Source of the DNA: Octopus sinensis
Taxonomy: Eukaryota
Reading direction: 5' to 3'
Assembly (NCBI RefSeq): GCF_006345805.1
Contig: NC_043002.1
Coordinates: 118,048,001 to 118,112,000, forward strand
Length of the DNA: 64,000 nucleotides
Shown: piece by piece, positions 26,678 to 38,688 of the stretch
Layout of the letters: every line of letters begins with the position of its first letter
Position numbering within the stretch: the stretch's first letter is position 1
Translations under genes and position numbers: made by a program
The notes under the pieces: generated by a model
Told to the model about the DNA's origin: nothing
Seen by the model: only the letters and a program-made list of their open reading frames with translations
The model's database searches: none

Positions 26678-27060
26678 CAATGGGATTCTTTCAGTTTCTG
26701 TCTATCAAATTCACTCACAAGGCTTTGGTTAACAGCCTGAGGCCATGGTAGAAGACACTTGCCTAAGGTGCCATGCAGTGGGACTGAACCCAGAACCCAC
26801 ACAGTCACATCTGCTCCTAGATGAGGATTAAATTTTTTATCCTTTTTTATCATTTATATTTTAACTTATTCCAGACTGGAGCCATGCTGGTGATCCACTT
26901 TAAGGGGCTTAGTTAAATAAATTGATCTCAGTCCTTTTTATTTTCTAAGCCTGGTATTTATTCTATTGCCCTTGTATTGCTGAACTACTAAGTTACAGGG
27001 ATGTAAACAAACTAATAGCAGTTGTCAAGCAGTGGTGAGGGGCAAACACAAGCATGTACA

Positions 27061-27103
<43 letters not shown>

Positions 27104-27193
27104 TGGGCTTTTATAAATTTTCCATCTACTAAATCCACTCATAAAGTTTTGGTCAGCCTGAGCTTCTAGTGAAAGACACAAGACACTTGCCCT
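26390..27193 (-). mobile_element. Two adjacent SINE copies with internal (CA)n
   Basis: Both share cttgtttcagtc..., aagttacagggatgtaaac..cagttgtcaag and gacacttgcc motifs seen in many copies in this window. Confidence 0.75.
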
Positions 27194-27336
27194 ACAACAT
27201 CACAGTTGTAACTCTGTGATACAACTGTGATGTTGTTGGTAAAATGTTCTTTGTCTATCTCCTTATCCTCTTGGAGATTTTGTGTAAAATTATACTAATG
27301 TGTCCTTCTAATTTAATTTAATTTAATTCTGTCTTT

Positions 27337-27430
27337 GTGCAGCTGAAGATTGCTCTGCATTTTAATTTGATGTACTGAAATGATTGCATTGTTCAATTAA
27401 ATGGAGTTGCATGAAACGCTCATACTGCAT
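27337..27430 (+). ncRNA. Type I hammerhead-like motif with extended stem II (cleavage triplet mutated)
   Basis: tgcag CTGAAGA [tgc..cattttaatttga...tcaattaaatg..gca] GAAAC gctc ATA ctgca. Stem I is tgcag/ctgca. Confidence 0.6.
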
Positions 27431-27543
27431 TACCTCTGGATATCCTTATTACTTATTTTGATTTTAATCACTTTATTTTGAAATTGTATGGATAATACCA
27501 TACTAAATTCTGGTGCCTCAACTTAAGTACCATATTCATCTGA

Positions 27544-27581
<38 letters not shown>

Positions 27582-27613
27582 ATCTATCTATCTATCTATC
27601 TATCTATACATAC

Positions 27614-27654
<41 letters not shown>

Positions 27655-27655
<1 letters not shown>

Positions 27656-27760
27656 CATCACAGCTACCGCTGAAGAGCACAGGGTTACATAATCGGACTG
27701 TTGCTCAACACTCCATTGAACTCCTAGAGCGAAATTGATTGGTAATATCAGCTGTAATGG
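27655..27760 (+). ncRNA. Decayed hammerhead-like motif between (TA)n tracts
   Basis: CTGAAGA gc...gc GAAAT tgattg GTA. Distal stem I is ccatcacagct/agctgtaatgg; proximal stem I is mismatched. Confidence 0.5.
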
Positions 27761-27961
27761 ATATGTAATACTGAATACTTCGATTTATATATATATATAT
27801 ATTTATATATATACACACACACATATATATATTCACACAAATGCACACACATATGCATGTACATACATACATACATACATACAAACATATATATATACAC
27901 ACACACACATACACACACAAATATATCTAAGTATGTATATGTATGTATGTATGTATGTATG

Positions 27962-29158
27962 AAAGATATGCAGCACATGGTGAATGCAATTTCTGCAGCA
28001 TGTGCAGCATTGGGTCTAACAATCAACCTAAAAGAATGCTATTATAATGTACCAGCCCACTCTTTCCAAGATGTATGTGGAACCTTTTATAACTGTGAAT
28101 GGTCGAAGGTTGGAGACTGTACCTAGATTTATTTATTTCGGAAGTACCTTGAGCACTGCTGGTCTTGATGATGAAATTTCGTATAGAATCAGCAGGGTTA
28201 GTAGTGCTTTTTGTAGGCTTGATAGGCGTCTGTGGAAACAACATAATATGTCTTCACAAATTAAAGTTAAGGTATATAATGCATGCATCCTCCCATCTTT
28301 GCTATATGGAAGTGCGGCATAGGTTGTTCATCATAGACAGGTAAGGCAATTGGAACAATTTCATCAACACTGAAAAAAATTGGGGGGGATAAACTGGAAA
28401 ATGGCCATTAGTAATGTGGAAGTACTTGAGAAGAGTGGCTGTAGAAGTATAGAGTCAATGATTTTGCAAAGACATTTGAGGTGGTGGGGACATTTGGTAA
28501 GGATGAGTGATGAGCAACTGCCCAAGCAGCTATTGTATGGTGAGCTGGAAGGTGGCAGGAGAGCAGCGCATAAGCCTAAACTAAGGTTTAAGGATTGTCT
28601 TAAAAATGCTTTAATACAGACAGGAATTGCAGCTGGTAATTGGGAGAGGGAGGCACAAGACCATGATGGATGGAGGAAGATAGTGCAAGATGGTTGTTCA
28701 AGGTTTGAGAGAGAGAGAGAGAGTGAAGTATGAGAGAATTGGGAGGGGGATTAGAAGGGGAGAACCTGTGGAAAGTGAGAGAGTGTTGCTTTTTATGTGT
28801 GTGGTTTGTGGGCGGAGGTGTTTGAGCTGTGCAGGCCGGGTGAGCCATCAAAATTCTCATAGAAATCGACCCATGATAAACAATGATGTGGCTATTAAAA
28901 TTCATAAGAGAACATGTGTAAAATGTGGAAGGGGGGGGTGCCTCTCAGTTGGAGGCCTAAAAAGACATGTGAAGAGAGTGCATGTGGGGTTACCTGTTTC
29001 TCCTGCCGGCCAGCACAGTTGTCTTGTATGTAATAAAATGTGTAAAAGTTTGGTTGGGCTTAAAAGTCATACAATCATGAATCATTTCAGTTAGTCTTCT
29101 TGGCAATGACTTTTCTCATGTAACGAGGATGCAGCTGTAATGTGATGTATGTATGTAT
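27962..29158 (+). mobile_element. RTE-clade LINE 3' fragment with three C-terminal C2H2 zinc fingers
   Basis: LGLTIN, FIYFGS, KVKVYNACILPSLLYGS and LRWWGHLVRM..LPKQLLYGEL, followed by CVVC..HQNSH, CVKC..HVKRVH and CLVC..HTIMNH. Flanked by (ATGT)n. Confidence 0.88.
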
Positions 29159-29506
29159 AGTGGTAGTTTAAATATAATAACCTCAATATTTTGCATTGAG
29201 AGAGCAGAGAGAATAGAACTAAATGAATAAGTCGTGATTGTTTAGCAATTTGATTTTTTAAAATTATAAATTACAATCCAGACAAAGCTGAAAATTAAAG
29301 TTAATTAAAAGAACACCACACACCAGACAGTTGTTGAGACTGTTAAATGTATACAAACATCAACAACAAACAAATATATGTGAAATTTTCTGTTTTAATT
29401 TCAATCAAGAGAAATATCTATTTTGGAATTTCATATTTTTTTCAAAGGAATAGAATATGTTCCTTTAGTGAATTGTATAAAATTGGATAATATAGTAAAC
29501 TACACA

Positions 29507-29549
<43 letters not shown>

Positions 29550-30180
29550 ACACACACACACACACATGGCTTTAAGCTTTCTTTTTTGCACCAGAATATT
29601 TATAAATGTAGTTTTAGAAAAAATCTTTTCCATATACTCTTTAGTGTGAGGCTTTGCCAAGGTGTTGTTTTACTGGACACTAAAAACATTAATAACTGCA
29701 TTTATTAATGGCTGACTTGAATCACAAATCTCTAGTCATTATCTGTTTTAATTAGAAATGGATGATAACTTTTTAGTGATATTTCAAAAATGATTTATTA
29801 TTCAAAGCATTTACTTTTGTTTTCATTTCTTTTAAAATCATTTGTTTTCGTTTTACAGGAAATATTGACTAAAATTATATAATGATCTTCTTAGGATAAT
29901 TATTGAGTAAAATTGCATTTAAGTACTGATAAAGCAGTATTTTACAGGGATTAAGCAAATGCTAAGTTTATTGAGGATTAGTTTCAATCGAATTAGCCCT
30001 TTATCTATATTGTATAGCCCTTTCATAATACTCTCATAACAGACTTGTTGTGAGGGTGGGGCTTAGCCTGAATTCAGTATATTTAAAGTACAGGCTAGGT
30101 ATATTAGTATACATTTGACTGTATAATTTGTTTAGTAACAAATGATTTTACAATGTCATTTACACACAAATATATATATA

Positions 30181-30350
30181 TAGGTGCAGGCCTGGCTGAG
30201 TGGTAAGAAGCTTGCTTCCCAACCACATGGTTTTAGGTTCAGTCCCACTGCATGGCAACTTGGGTGAGTGTCTTCTATTATAGCCTTGGGCCAACCAAAG
30301 CTTTGTGAGTGGTTTTGGCAGACAGAAACTGAAAGAAGTCCATTGTATTT
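30181..30350 (+). mobile_element. tRNA-derived SINE
   Basis: A box tggctgagtgg and B box ggttcagtcc, with a body shared by many copies in the window. Confidence 0.8.
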
Positions 30351-30777
30351 ATATATATCATCATCATCATCATCATCATCGTTTAACATCTGCTTTCCAT
30401 GGGTTGGACATATAATATATGTGTGTGTGTGTGTATGTCTTTGTGTCTGAGTTTGTCATCCCACCATTGCTTGACAACTGATGTTGGTGTATTTATAATA
30501 GAAGACCTTGGGCAAGTATTTTCTATTATAGTTTCGGTCTGACCAAAGCTTTGTGAGTGGATTTGGTGGATGGAAACTGAAATAAACCTGTCATATTTAT
30601 ATATATCTGTGTGTATGTATGTATGTATATACACACACACACATATATATACATACATACATACATACATACATATAATCAGACTGGGCCCGGTGCAGCC
30701 TCCTGGCTTCCCAGACCCCAGTCGAACTGTCCAACCCATGCTAGCATGGAAAGCGGACGTTAAACGATGATGATATA

Positions 30778-31999
30778 CAGGGTGCATAAGGTATTTGAGG
30801 ACATGCCTTTTTTGTGTCATTGCTGCATTTCTTGAAAATTCTGTATAATCTTTGTTTCAGAAAATGATAATGGCAGACGCTCAGCTTACTCGAGAAATGA
30901 AGTGGCATACTGTTATATTGGTTATAAAGGCTGAGCATAGCAATTTAGAAATATGATTTTTAAAAGTCTACAAAGTTTGTAAGGAGCTAGAGACTGAAGA
31001 TGGAAATGTATAATGAGTATCAAAATATAAAAAGCATTCTAAACACTCTGAAATCATCAGAACACCTGAATTGATCCAACAAGTTCAACAGACTATTGAT
31101 TACAATCCCAGAAAGTCCATGAGGTCAATTGCAAAAGATCTCCATGTGTCAGAAGGAACAGTCAGCAATGTTGTCCACGAAGATATCAGATATAAGTCTT
31201 ATATGATGGGGAAAGGTCAATTTGTCAGAAAAAGCAAAAGAAAATCACTTCATCAGATCTAAAAGGCTCTTAAAAAAACTGAAAAATCCAGCAGAAGTAG
31301 ATTTGATTTGGTTTTTCTCAAATAAGAAAAACTTTGACCAAGATCAAAACGTTAACAGAAGAAATATGTGCAGACCCTTCTTAAGTTCCAAGTGTTATGC
31401 ATACAAAATTTCCTGCAACTGTAATGGTTTTAGGGGTTGTCAGCAATGAAGGATATGTGATGCCTCCTTACTTCTTTCCACAAGGCCTTAGAGCTGCCTA
31501 CATTGAGGTTCTGGAAATAATTGTTAAGCCCTGGTTAGACAGTGTATGCAAAGGAATGCCATATGTGTTTCAGTAAGACTCTGCATTATCTCACATAGTT
31601 CTAGTAACACAGGAATGGATGGCTGAAAGTTTTCATGATCAAATTACCCCTAACATTTGGCCTCCTAATTCCCCAGATCTCAATCCATTGGACTATTACA
31701 TGTGGAGTGTTATTGAAAGAGAGGTCAATGAACACATCCATAACACCAAAGATTCTTTGAAAGCTGCCATTGTCAGAGTAATGTCCAAAATGAACCAGGA
31801 CCACTTGATTCAAGCATGTAGATAATTTAAATCTCGTATAGAAGCAGTTGTTGAAGCTGAAGGTGGCTTTATTGAATAACATTAGAGGAAAGAAGGTTTA
31901 TTTTTATCTTCATAGCATTTTTTGATGAATAAAGTTATTATCTGTTATATATATATTTTTATAAACATAAATCTGTTCCCAAATATCTCACGCAACCTA
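30778..31999 (+). mobile_element. maT (DD37D) Tc1/mariner transposon, near full length, decayed
   Basis: Imperfect TIRs cagggtgcataaggtattt / aaatatctcacgcaaccta with TA flanks. HTH region NPRKSMRSIAKDL, WFFS, and D-37aa-D spacing counted from DSAL.. to ..NSPDLNPLD. Confidence 0.9.
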
Positions 32000-32135
32000 T
32001 ATATATATATGTATGTATATATGTATGTATGTATGTATGTATATATATATGTATATATATATATATGTATGTATATATGTATGTATGTATATATGTATAT
32101 ATATATATGTATGTATATATGTATGTATGTATGTG

Positions 32136-32168
<33 letters not shown>

Positions 32169-32919
32169 ATATATATATATATATGTATATATTTATGTGT
32201 GTCTTTGTGTCTGTGTTTGTCACCTCATCATAGCTTGACAACCGATGTTGGTGTATTTACATACCCGTAACTTAGCAGTTTGGCAAAGAGATCAATAGAA
32301 TAAGTACTAAGCTTACAAAGAATAACTCTTGGGGTTAATTTCTATGGCTCAAACACCCTTTAAAGCAGTGCTCCAGCAATGCCACAGTCGAATGACTGAA
32401 ACAAGTAAAGGAATAAAAGAATGTATATATGTGTGCGTGTGTGTGTGTGTGTGCGCACACATACGTTTATATGTGTGTGTTTGTGTATGTATATATGTAT
32501 ATATAAATCTGTGTTCTCCTTATTATTAATATATATATCATCATCATTATCATGAACAATTAATTTCCATTCTCCATGGGTTGAACAGTTCAACTGGTGT
32601 TGATGAGCCTGAGGACTGTGCCAAGCTTCAGTACCTGCTTTGGCATAGTTTCTTTGGCTGGATGCCCTTTCTAATGCCAACCAGAGTGTAGTGAGTACTT
32701 TTTATGTAGCACTGGCATCAGTAAAGTCACCAAGTTACAACCCCAGGACTTATTCTTTGTAAGCCTAGTGCTTATTCTATTGGTCTCTTTTCTTGAACTG
32801 CTAAGTTTACAGGGACATAAATACACCAATATTGGTTGTCAAGCGATGGTGGGGGGAGGAGACAGACACATACACACAAACACACATACATACATACACA
32901 CACACACACATACATATAC

Positions 32920-32992
<73 letters not shown>

Positions 32993-32997
32993 TATAT

Positions 32998-33033
<36 letters not shown>

Positions 33034-33034
33034 C

Positions 33035-33190
33035 TACACTCGTGGAGTGGTTGGCGTTAGGAAGGGCATCCAGCTGTAGAAACACTGCCAGATCAGACTG
33101 GAGCCTGGTGCAGCCCCTGGCTTCCCAGACCCCGGTCGAACCATCCAACCCGTGCTAGCGCAGAAAACGGACGTTAAACGATGATGATGA
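33035..33190 (+). mobile_element. RTE 3'-UTR/tail fragment (similar pieces at 30678-30775, 39385-39550, 44520-44700, 52470-52830, 61333-61690)
   Basis: Matches 2595-2755 and ends in (GAT)n. Confidence 0.85.
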
Positions 33191-33365
33191 TATATAGTGG
33201 TTGTATACCGTCAACTTAACGTGACAGTCCTGTATGGGAATTACACCACCGCTGTTTAGCCCTAGGAAGCATCGAACGCTTCCTGTCGGCTTTGACACAT
33301 TTTTTTTCCCAGTGTCCTTATATTTGTGAAGGGGAGGTAAGCATCCCCACCAGCCAAGATTCACA

Positions 33366-33412
33366 CCTGAGGACATGCATGTTTCTGGGTCTTAACCCGT
33401 CATCAGCCCAGG
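33366..33412 (-). ncRNA. Type I minimal hammerhead ribozyme, intact core
   Basis: cctggg CTGATGA c gggt taag accc a GAAAC atgcat GTC ctcagg: 6-bp stem I, 4-bp stem II, palindromic stem III loop and GUC cleavage site. Confidence 0.85.
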
Positions 33413-33720
33413 ATAGTGAGATCTGCTGATTGAGGAGCCTGTCCAGCATTCACAAACATATATATTTACAGTGAAATCTATTCACTGATCACCATAATAA
33501 GAAATATTAAATTTCTAAATGTCTCAAAGAGACATGAGCGGTGGTGGAGCGATAGAGTGGTTGTATACTGTCAACTTAACGTGACAGTCCCGTAAAGGGA
33601 ATTACACCACCGCTGTTTAGCCCTAGGAAGCATCGAACGCTTCCTGTCGGCTTTGACACATTTTCTGTGTCCTTATATTTGTGAAGGGGAGGCAAGCACT
33701 CCCACCAGCCAAGATTCACA

Positions 33721-33759
33721 CCTGAGGACATGCATGTCTTAACCTGTCATCAGCCCAGG
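33721..33759 (-). ncRNA. Inactivated copy of the hammerhead (8-nt deletion removing the stem II 3' arm and GAA)
   Basis: cctggg CTGATGA caggttaag ac atgcat GTC ctcagg. Confidence 0.75.
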
Positions 33760-33771
33760 ATAGTGAGATAT

Positions 33772-34872
33772 ACGTTAATGCTCTTTCATCTATCAGGTAG
33801 ATTTGCAAGGCTCCTCTTCCAAAATTCATTTGATCATGACAAAAAAAAATACTCCTCCACTACTGTTCTGACCTCGTCTACAGAATTCATATTTTTTCCG
33901 TCCAAATGATTTTGAAGACTGAAATAAATGGTAATCAGACGGGGGTAATGACCAGTGAATACAGTGGATGGGGTATCACTTCCCATTCAAACTACTCCGG
34001 CCTTTGGAATGTCATCCTCGCTGTATGTGGCTGAGCATTATCCTGATGGAAAAACACCCTTCATCATGAAACCAAAGATTTTTTTTCTGGTGCTGACTTA
34101 AGCCGCTCAGGCTGCTCATGGTAGATCTCCTTTGTTAATGTTTGGTTTGGGTTTAAAAGTTCAAAGTGGACTAAACCTTTCATATCCCACCAAACATATA
34201 ACAACACCTTGCATAGGTGAAGACCTTCTTTAGCCTGGGGTACCAGTGTTTCTCCTTTCTTCGGGGCTTGACATTTTTATAGAGAACCCATTTCTCGTCA
34301 CCATCTGTGAGATGTGACAGCAAAGAAGAGCACACATTCATTCTCTGTATGCAATTAGACTCAGAAAGTTTGTGAGGAATCTATTGGCCCAATTTGCTGA
34401 CTTTTCTGATGGCCCGCAGGTGTCTATGAATGGTTGAATAACCAAATCCAAGCTTCTCTACGAGATCCTAGACAGTTACAATGGGATTTTGTTCCATCAG
34501 GGTTTGCAGGATGTACTTTTCAAGCTCTATAGATTTTCCAGGATGAGGCTCATCTTCTAGGCTGTAGTTTCCAGCTCTGTCCAATCCCCATATACTGCAT
34601 CAATATTCCTCGCACTTACAATTGCATTGTTACCTTTGTTGAATTCATGAAGCAAAATATGTTGAATATGCTCCTTTGTCACTTCCATTATAGCTTTGAA
34701 AAAGTAACTATTAAAATTGAACTGCACTCTTCAAAACTTGCACTAAGAATAAGTACAAGGTAAAAATTAGTACCTGCTTTTATAGCAAGTTGATGCAGGT
34801 AGTTTATCCCATCCCCCTCCAACTTTTAGTTTATGCATTGAAAAAACGCATTATTTATGGGATGACCCAATA
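33772..34872 (-). mobile_element. Mariner transposon, same family as 22225-23262, 3' end truncated
   Basis: Same TIR sequence at 34849-34870. Decayed GDEKWVLYKN and FFHQDNAQPH motifs on the minus strand. Confidence 0.88.
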
Positions 34873-35926
34873 TAATCTTACCTGTGTGGTTTAATCTTTT
34901 TTTATCTAAGTCCTTTTATCACAAGATTTTCTTATTAGATTGGACATTCATTTTAGGTATTTTCCATCATCAACCAACATCACTTTCATACTATGTAGAC
35001 TGCATCAAACAGCATGTCTACATCTAGACATGCTTTTGATGTCTATCTGTATACAACATCTCCTTTAATTTATCATTGCACCTATTTCAATTCATACTTA
35101 GTTTACTTCCCAAATGCTCAATATATTTACTCCCTGATTTTCCTTTTTTTACTGTCATTTAGCCTGTCACATGTAAGTCTCTTATAATCAAATAACTTCA
35201 TAACTTTATTGATACAAATAAACGTTTTGTTTGAATGTTCTCACCTCAGACTATATTTGCACTGATGGCTTCTATAGCTTTGCAGGAGAAAATATATCAT
35301 CAAGCTATCAAATGTATTGATGATCATCTATGCAACTAAGTGCATTAAAACCAAGGCTGTTGAGTTAAAGAGTGAATTTGCATTGCAAATATTGATTTCT
35401 TTTTCCTTGCCAACAAAGGTCTATTTTTGCTTCAAGAGAGCAAGAGAAGGCAGGATTATACTATATTACTCATGATGAAAAGATAAGTTGACTCCAGTTG
35501 AATATACAAAAGTCAGGTCCCTTATTAAATAGTAAAAGAAACATTTTGTATGGTACACATTTTTTCAGTTAGTTTTATCCTTTATAAATGCTAATATTAC
35601 GCAAGACCTGTCTCTAGAGCGATCATTTAGATACAACAGATATCATAGTCTATTGTTTTGGTTTTACTTTGTTTATGATAACTCTTTTAAGTGCTACCTT
35701 TTAAATGAGATGTAAAGTATTATAAGCAAATAATTTGGATACCTTGATTGTAGTGCTCATTCAAAGAGTCTCATTAACCAGAAAATCAAATGTAATAATA
35801 ACATGATATATATGTAAATATATAGATATATATAAAATGAAAGTAAAATAAAAAGAAATAAATTTTGAGGATGTACCAGTCTCCATATTCTCTGTTGTTA
35901 TGTATATATATATATATATATATATT

Positions 35927-36257
35927 ACTCATAAAATACAGTGTACATTTAAACACATAAGGAATCCACTCGTGGGATTCAACACGCTAGAAAGAACAGC
36001 TAGGTTCTATAACCTTGTAATCTAAGGTGTACCTGTCAAAGAAGATTTCACCTAGTGAATATTATTTATTTACTAAACTAAAATCAGAAACTAATTGGTC
36101 CAGGAAACTAGATGGTAAAATGTTTTTATTTTTTCATTTCGTTCCTGTCGGATTTTACCCTAATTTTGTGGTTATAGAACCTAGCTGTTCTTTCTAGCAT
36201 GTTGAATCCCACAAGTGCATTCCTTATGTGTTTAAATGTACACTGTATTTTATGAGT
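35927..36257. repeat. 88-bp inverted repeat (about 3 mismatches) with a 155-bp spacer, between (TA)n tracts
   Basis: Arms at 35927-36014 and 36170-36257. Confidence 0.9.
36032..36104 (+). ncRNA. Hammerhead-like motif with a variant or decayed core in the inverted-repeat spacer
   Basis: cctg TCAAAGA a gattt...aaatc a GAAAC taattg GTC cagg. Confidence 0.5.
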
Positions 36258-36354
36258 TTTACATAGTCTTTGGACTAAATTTTTACACGCTAGGCCACTG
36301 GAAGTGAAAATTTCTATTAATTTCCATTTCCCTTCGATACGATTAAGTATATAT

Positions 36355-36387
<33 letters not shown>

Positions 36388-36589
36388 TGAATTTCTCATC
36401 AAGAGTAGAGTCCACAGTGATCTGTATGTAGGAGAGATGCAGCCGGAGGGTAAATATCCAAATGAAGAATCCGTAAATGGTAGATAAAGAGTAGATAAAG
36501 AGTTCAGTGGAGAAGTTCGTGTGTGGTAAGAAATGACAGGATTAACATGTGCGACCACGTGAGCATGTGATATATAGGAGAGTTTATGA

Positions 36590-36750
36590 AAAAAAACAAA
36601 AGACGAAGACAGGTGGTGTAGAAAGCAAACAGATGTATTAGTATAACGCTCAGGAATAGAAAAAGTCTTTTACGTTTCGAGCCTACGCTCTTCTACAGAA
36701 AACAAGGAGAGAAAAAAGTGTGTGTAGTGGCTAACGATCTATCATGGCAC
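36590..36750 (-). mobile_element. Penelope pLTR-like repeat with a minimal HHR-like motif (~36666-36704)
   Basis: Minus strand reads gtttt ctgtaga a gagc gtag gctc GAAAC GTA aaagac. A second copy lies at 23400-23590. Confidence 0.5.
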
Positions 36751-36929
36751 CATTATCAACATTTTTTTTCTCTTGAAGTGCCTATTCTTGAAGTGTCTAG
36801 AATTGCCTATTCAGAGGCTTTCCTCATAGTCGGACAGATTTAGACAAGAAATGCATATTTAGTCAATTTAAAAGTTTTTTTTATTGCTTTCTGATTCGTA
36901 TGATTATTTGGTACCGGAGGGAACACATT

Positions 36930-37186
36930 TTATCTTTCATCTTCTACTTGTTTCAAATGTGGCCATGCTGAGGCACCACCTTAAATAGATTGTGGCCATG
37001 CTGGAGCAACACCTTAAATAATTTTTAGTCTAATGAATCTACCCTGGTACTTTTTTTAAAGCCTGGTGCTTATTCTTTTGGTATCTTGTGCTGAACTGCT
37101 AAGTTATGGGAACGTAAACACACCAATGCTGGTTGTCAAGAATTGGTGAAGAACAAACACACACACATATACACACACATGCGCGT

Positions 37187-37222
<36 letters not shown>

Positions 37223-37385
37223 CTATATATTTTTGATGGTTTTTTTTTTCAATTTACCTCTATCAAGTCCACTGACAAGTTTTTAGTTGGTTGTAGTAGA
37301 AGACACTAGTAGAAGACATTAGTAGATGACTGGACCTGGAACCATGTTGTTGGGAAGCAAACTTCTTATCACACACCCATGCTTG
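36930..37385 (-). mobile_element. tRNA-derived SINE with internal (CA)n
   Basis: Same motifs as 26390-26800. Confidence 0.7.
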
Positions 37386-37649
37386 CTTTCTAAAATTATT
37401 TAATCAATGGAGAGAGTATTTTTGATCCCTTCTTAAGACCTGAATTCAGTCATGTAAATCCCAGAGTTTTTTGACAGAGAGCAAAAGGAGGAAACCAGCA
37501 GTTTGTGTGTTGGCGGGGCCAGGGTGCAATTAAAAAGTAAAGTTCTCATCCATTCATTCATGCCAATGCTTTAAAATATAATTTTAAATATTTAAAGTTA
37601 TTTAAGAAAGGTTACATAAAAAAGTAAACTAGCACCTAAATGATCTATT

Positions 37650-38415
37650 AGCAAAAAGCTTCAATTCATTTAAAAAGATTATAACCCAGTAGAATTTCTC
37701 ATGCCTTCAATCACCCCCAGGATTACAAAAGGGTCAGTTAGTTCAGTTTTCTCTCTACTGTCCCCAACTTTGAAACAGATGAGAAGAATATTATCATTCT
37801 TGGAAAAGAGGAACCAAAGCTTAAGCTGAAAGTCAAAACCGAAGTGGACAACAAGGAATGTCATCGTTATTTTGATTAAAGTATTATGAATAGTCTGAGT
37901 GAATGATGAGATGACTCATTCTGAACAATTTCTTTCTGCTTCCCAAGTCTGTTAGTTTGTCAGTATCAGAACACATCTTCTCAGCTTTGAAGTGATAATC
38001 AAAATGAATATCACTTTCAAAATGAAATCATTTAATTGTACAGCTGTTACAAGTGAAGGTATAATTAAGCCAATGATAAAAAAAAAACAGCATAATGAAT
38101 GCTGTTATGCTTGGTGAGACTACAGACCTTTGAATGAAATCTTTACTATCACATGTTTATCACATGAGGAGGAAAGGCTTCAAGAAAAGTTTAGGGGATA
38201 AGTCGATGTCAGTAAAGACAGAAAAGCTGCATCACTGACAGAAGTTGTACATTGTTATAGACATTCACTTAATTTGGTTCTCTCTCAATCAGCTTCAAGA
38301 GTTTGTGAATAATGAATTTTCTTACAAACTTTAAAAAGAATTTCAAAATTTTTCTCAAAGTCAATGGCTTGAATCGCTCCTGCTGGATGAAATCGTTGGA
38401 AGGTGATGTCTAGAG
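37650..38415 (+). mobile_element. Decayed hAT (ZMYM1-like) transposase fragment
   Basis: AVMLGETTDL, VVHCYRHSLNLVLSQSAS and LLDEIVG remnants. An 85-bp piece recurs at 40876-40963. Confidence 0.65.
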
Positions 38416-38635
38416 TTATTTGTACATTTCTTGTATTTTACCAACTACTTCAAAATGGTGCATTGTAGTGGGGGGGGGGGGCAGGACTATTTCCATTTTC
38501 AGACTCCCCGTATCTCAAATACTACACTTTCCATGGAAAGTTAGGGCAGGTAGAACACTCAGAATCCCCCACCCCAACCTCAGTGGGGGTGGGTTGGATT
38601 GCATGCCCTAGTTTCCTAGTCACCCTTTGCCACTG

Positions 38636-38688
<53 letters not shown>

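Larger units (their letters stand above)
33196..33769 (-). mobile_element. Hammerhead-containing tandem repeat (~355-nt period, ~1.6 units): non-LTR retrozyme or Penelope pLTR-like
   Basis: 33196-33422 is repeated at 33556-33769. Each copy carries the HHR locus and no credible ORF is present. Confidence 0.75.
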
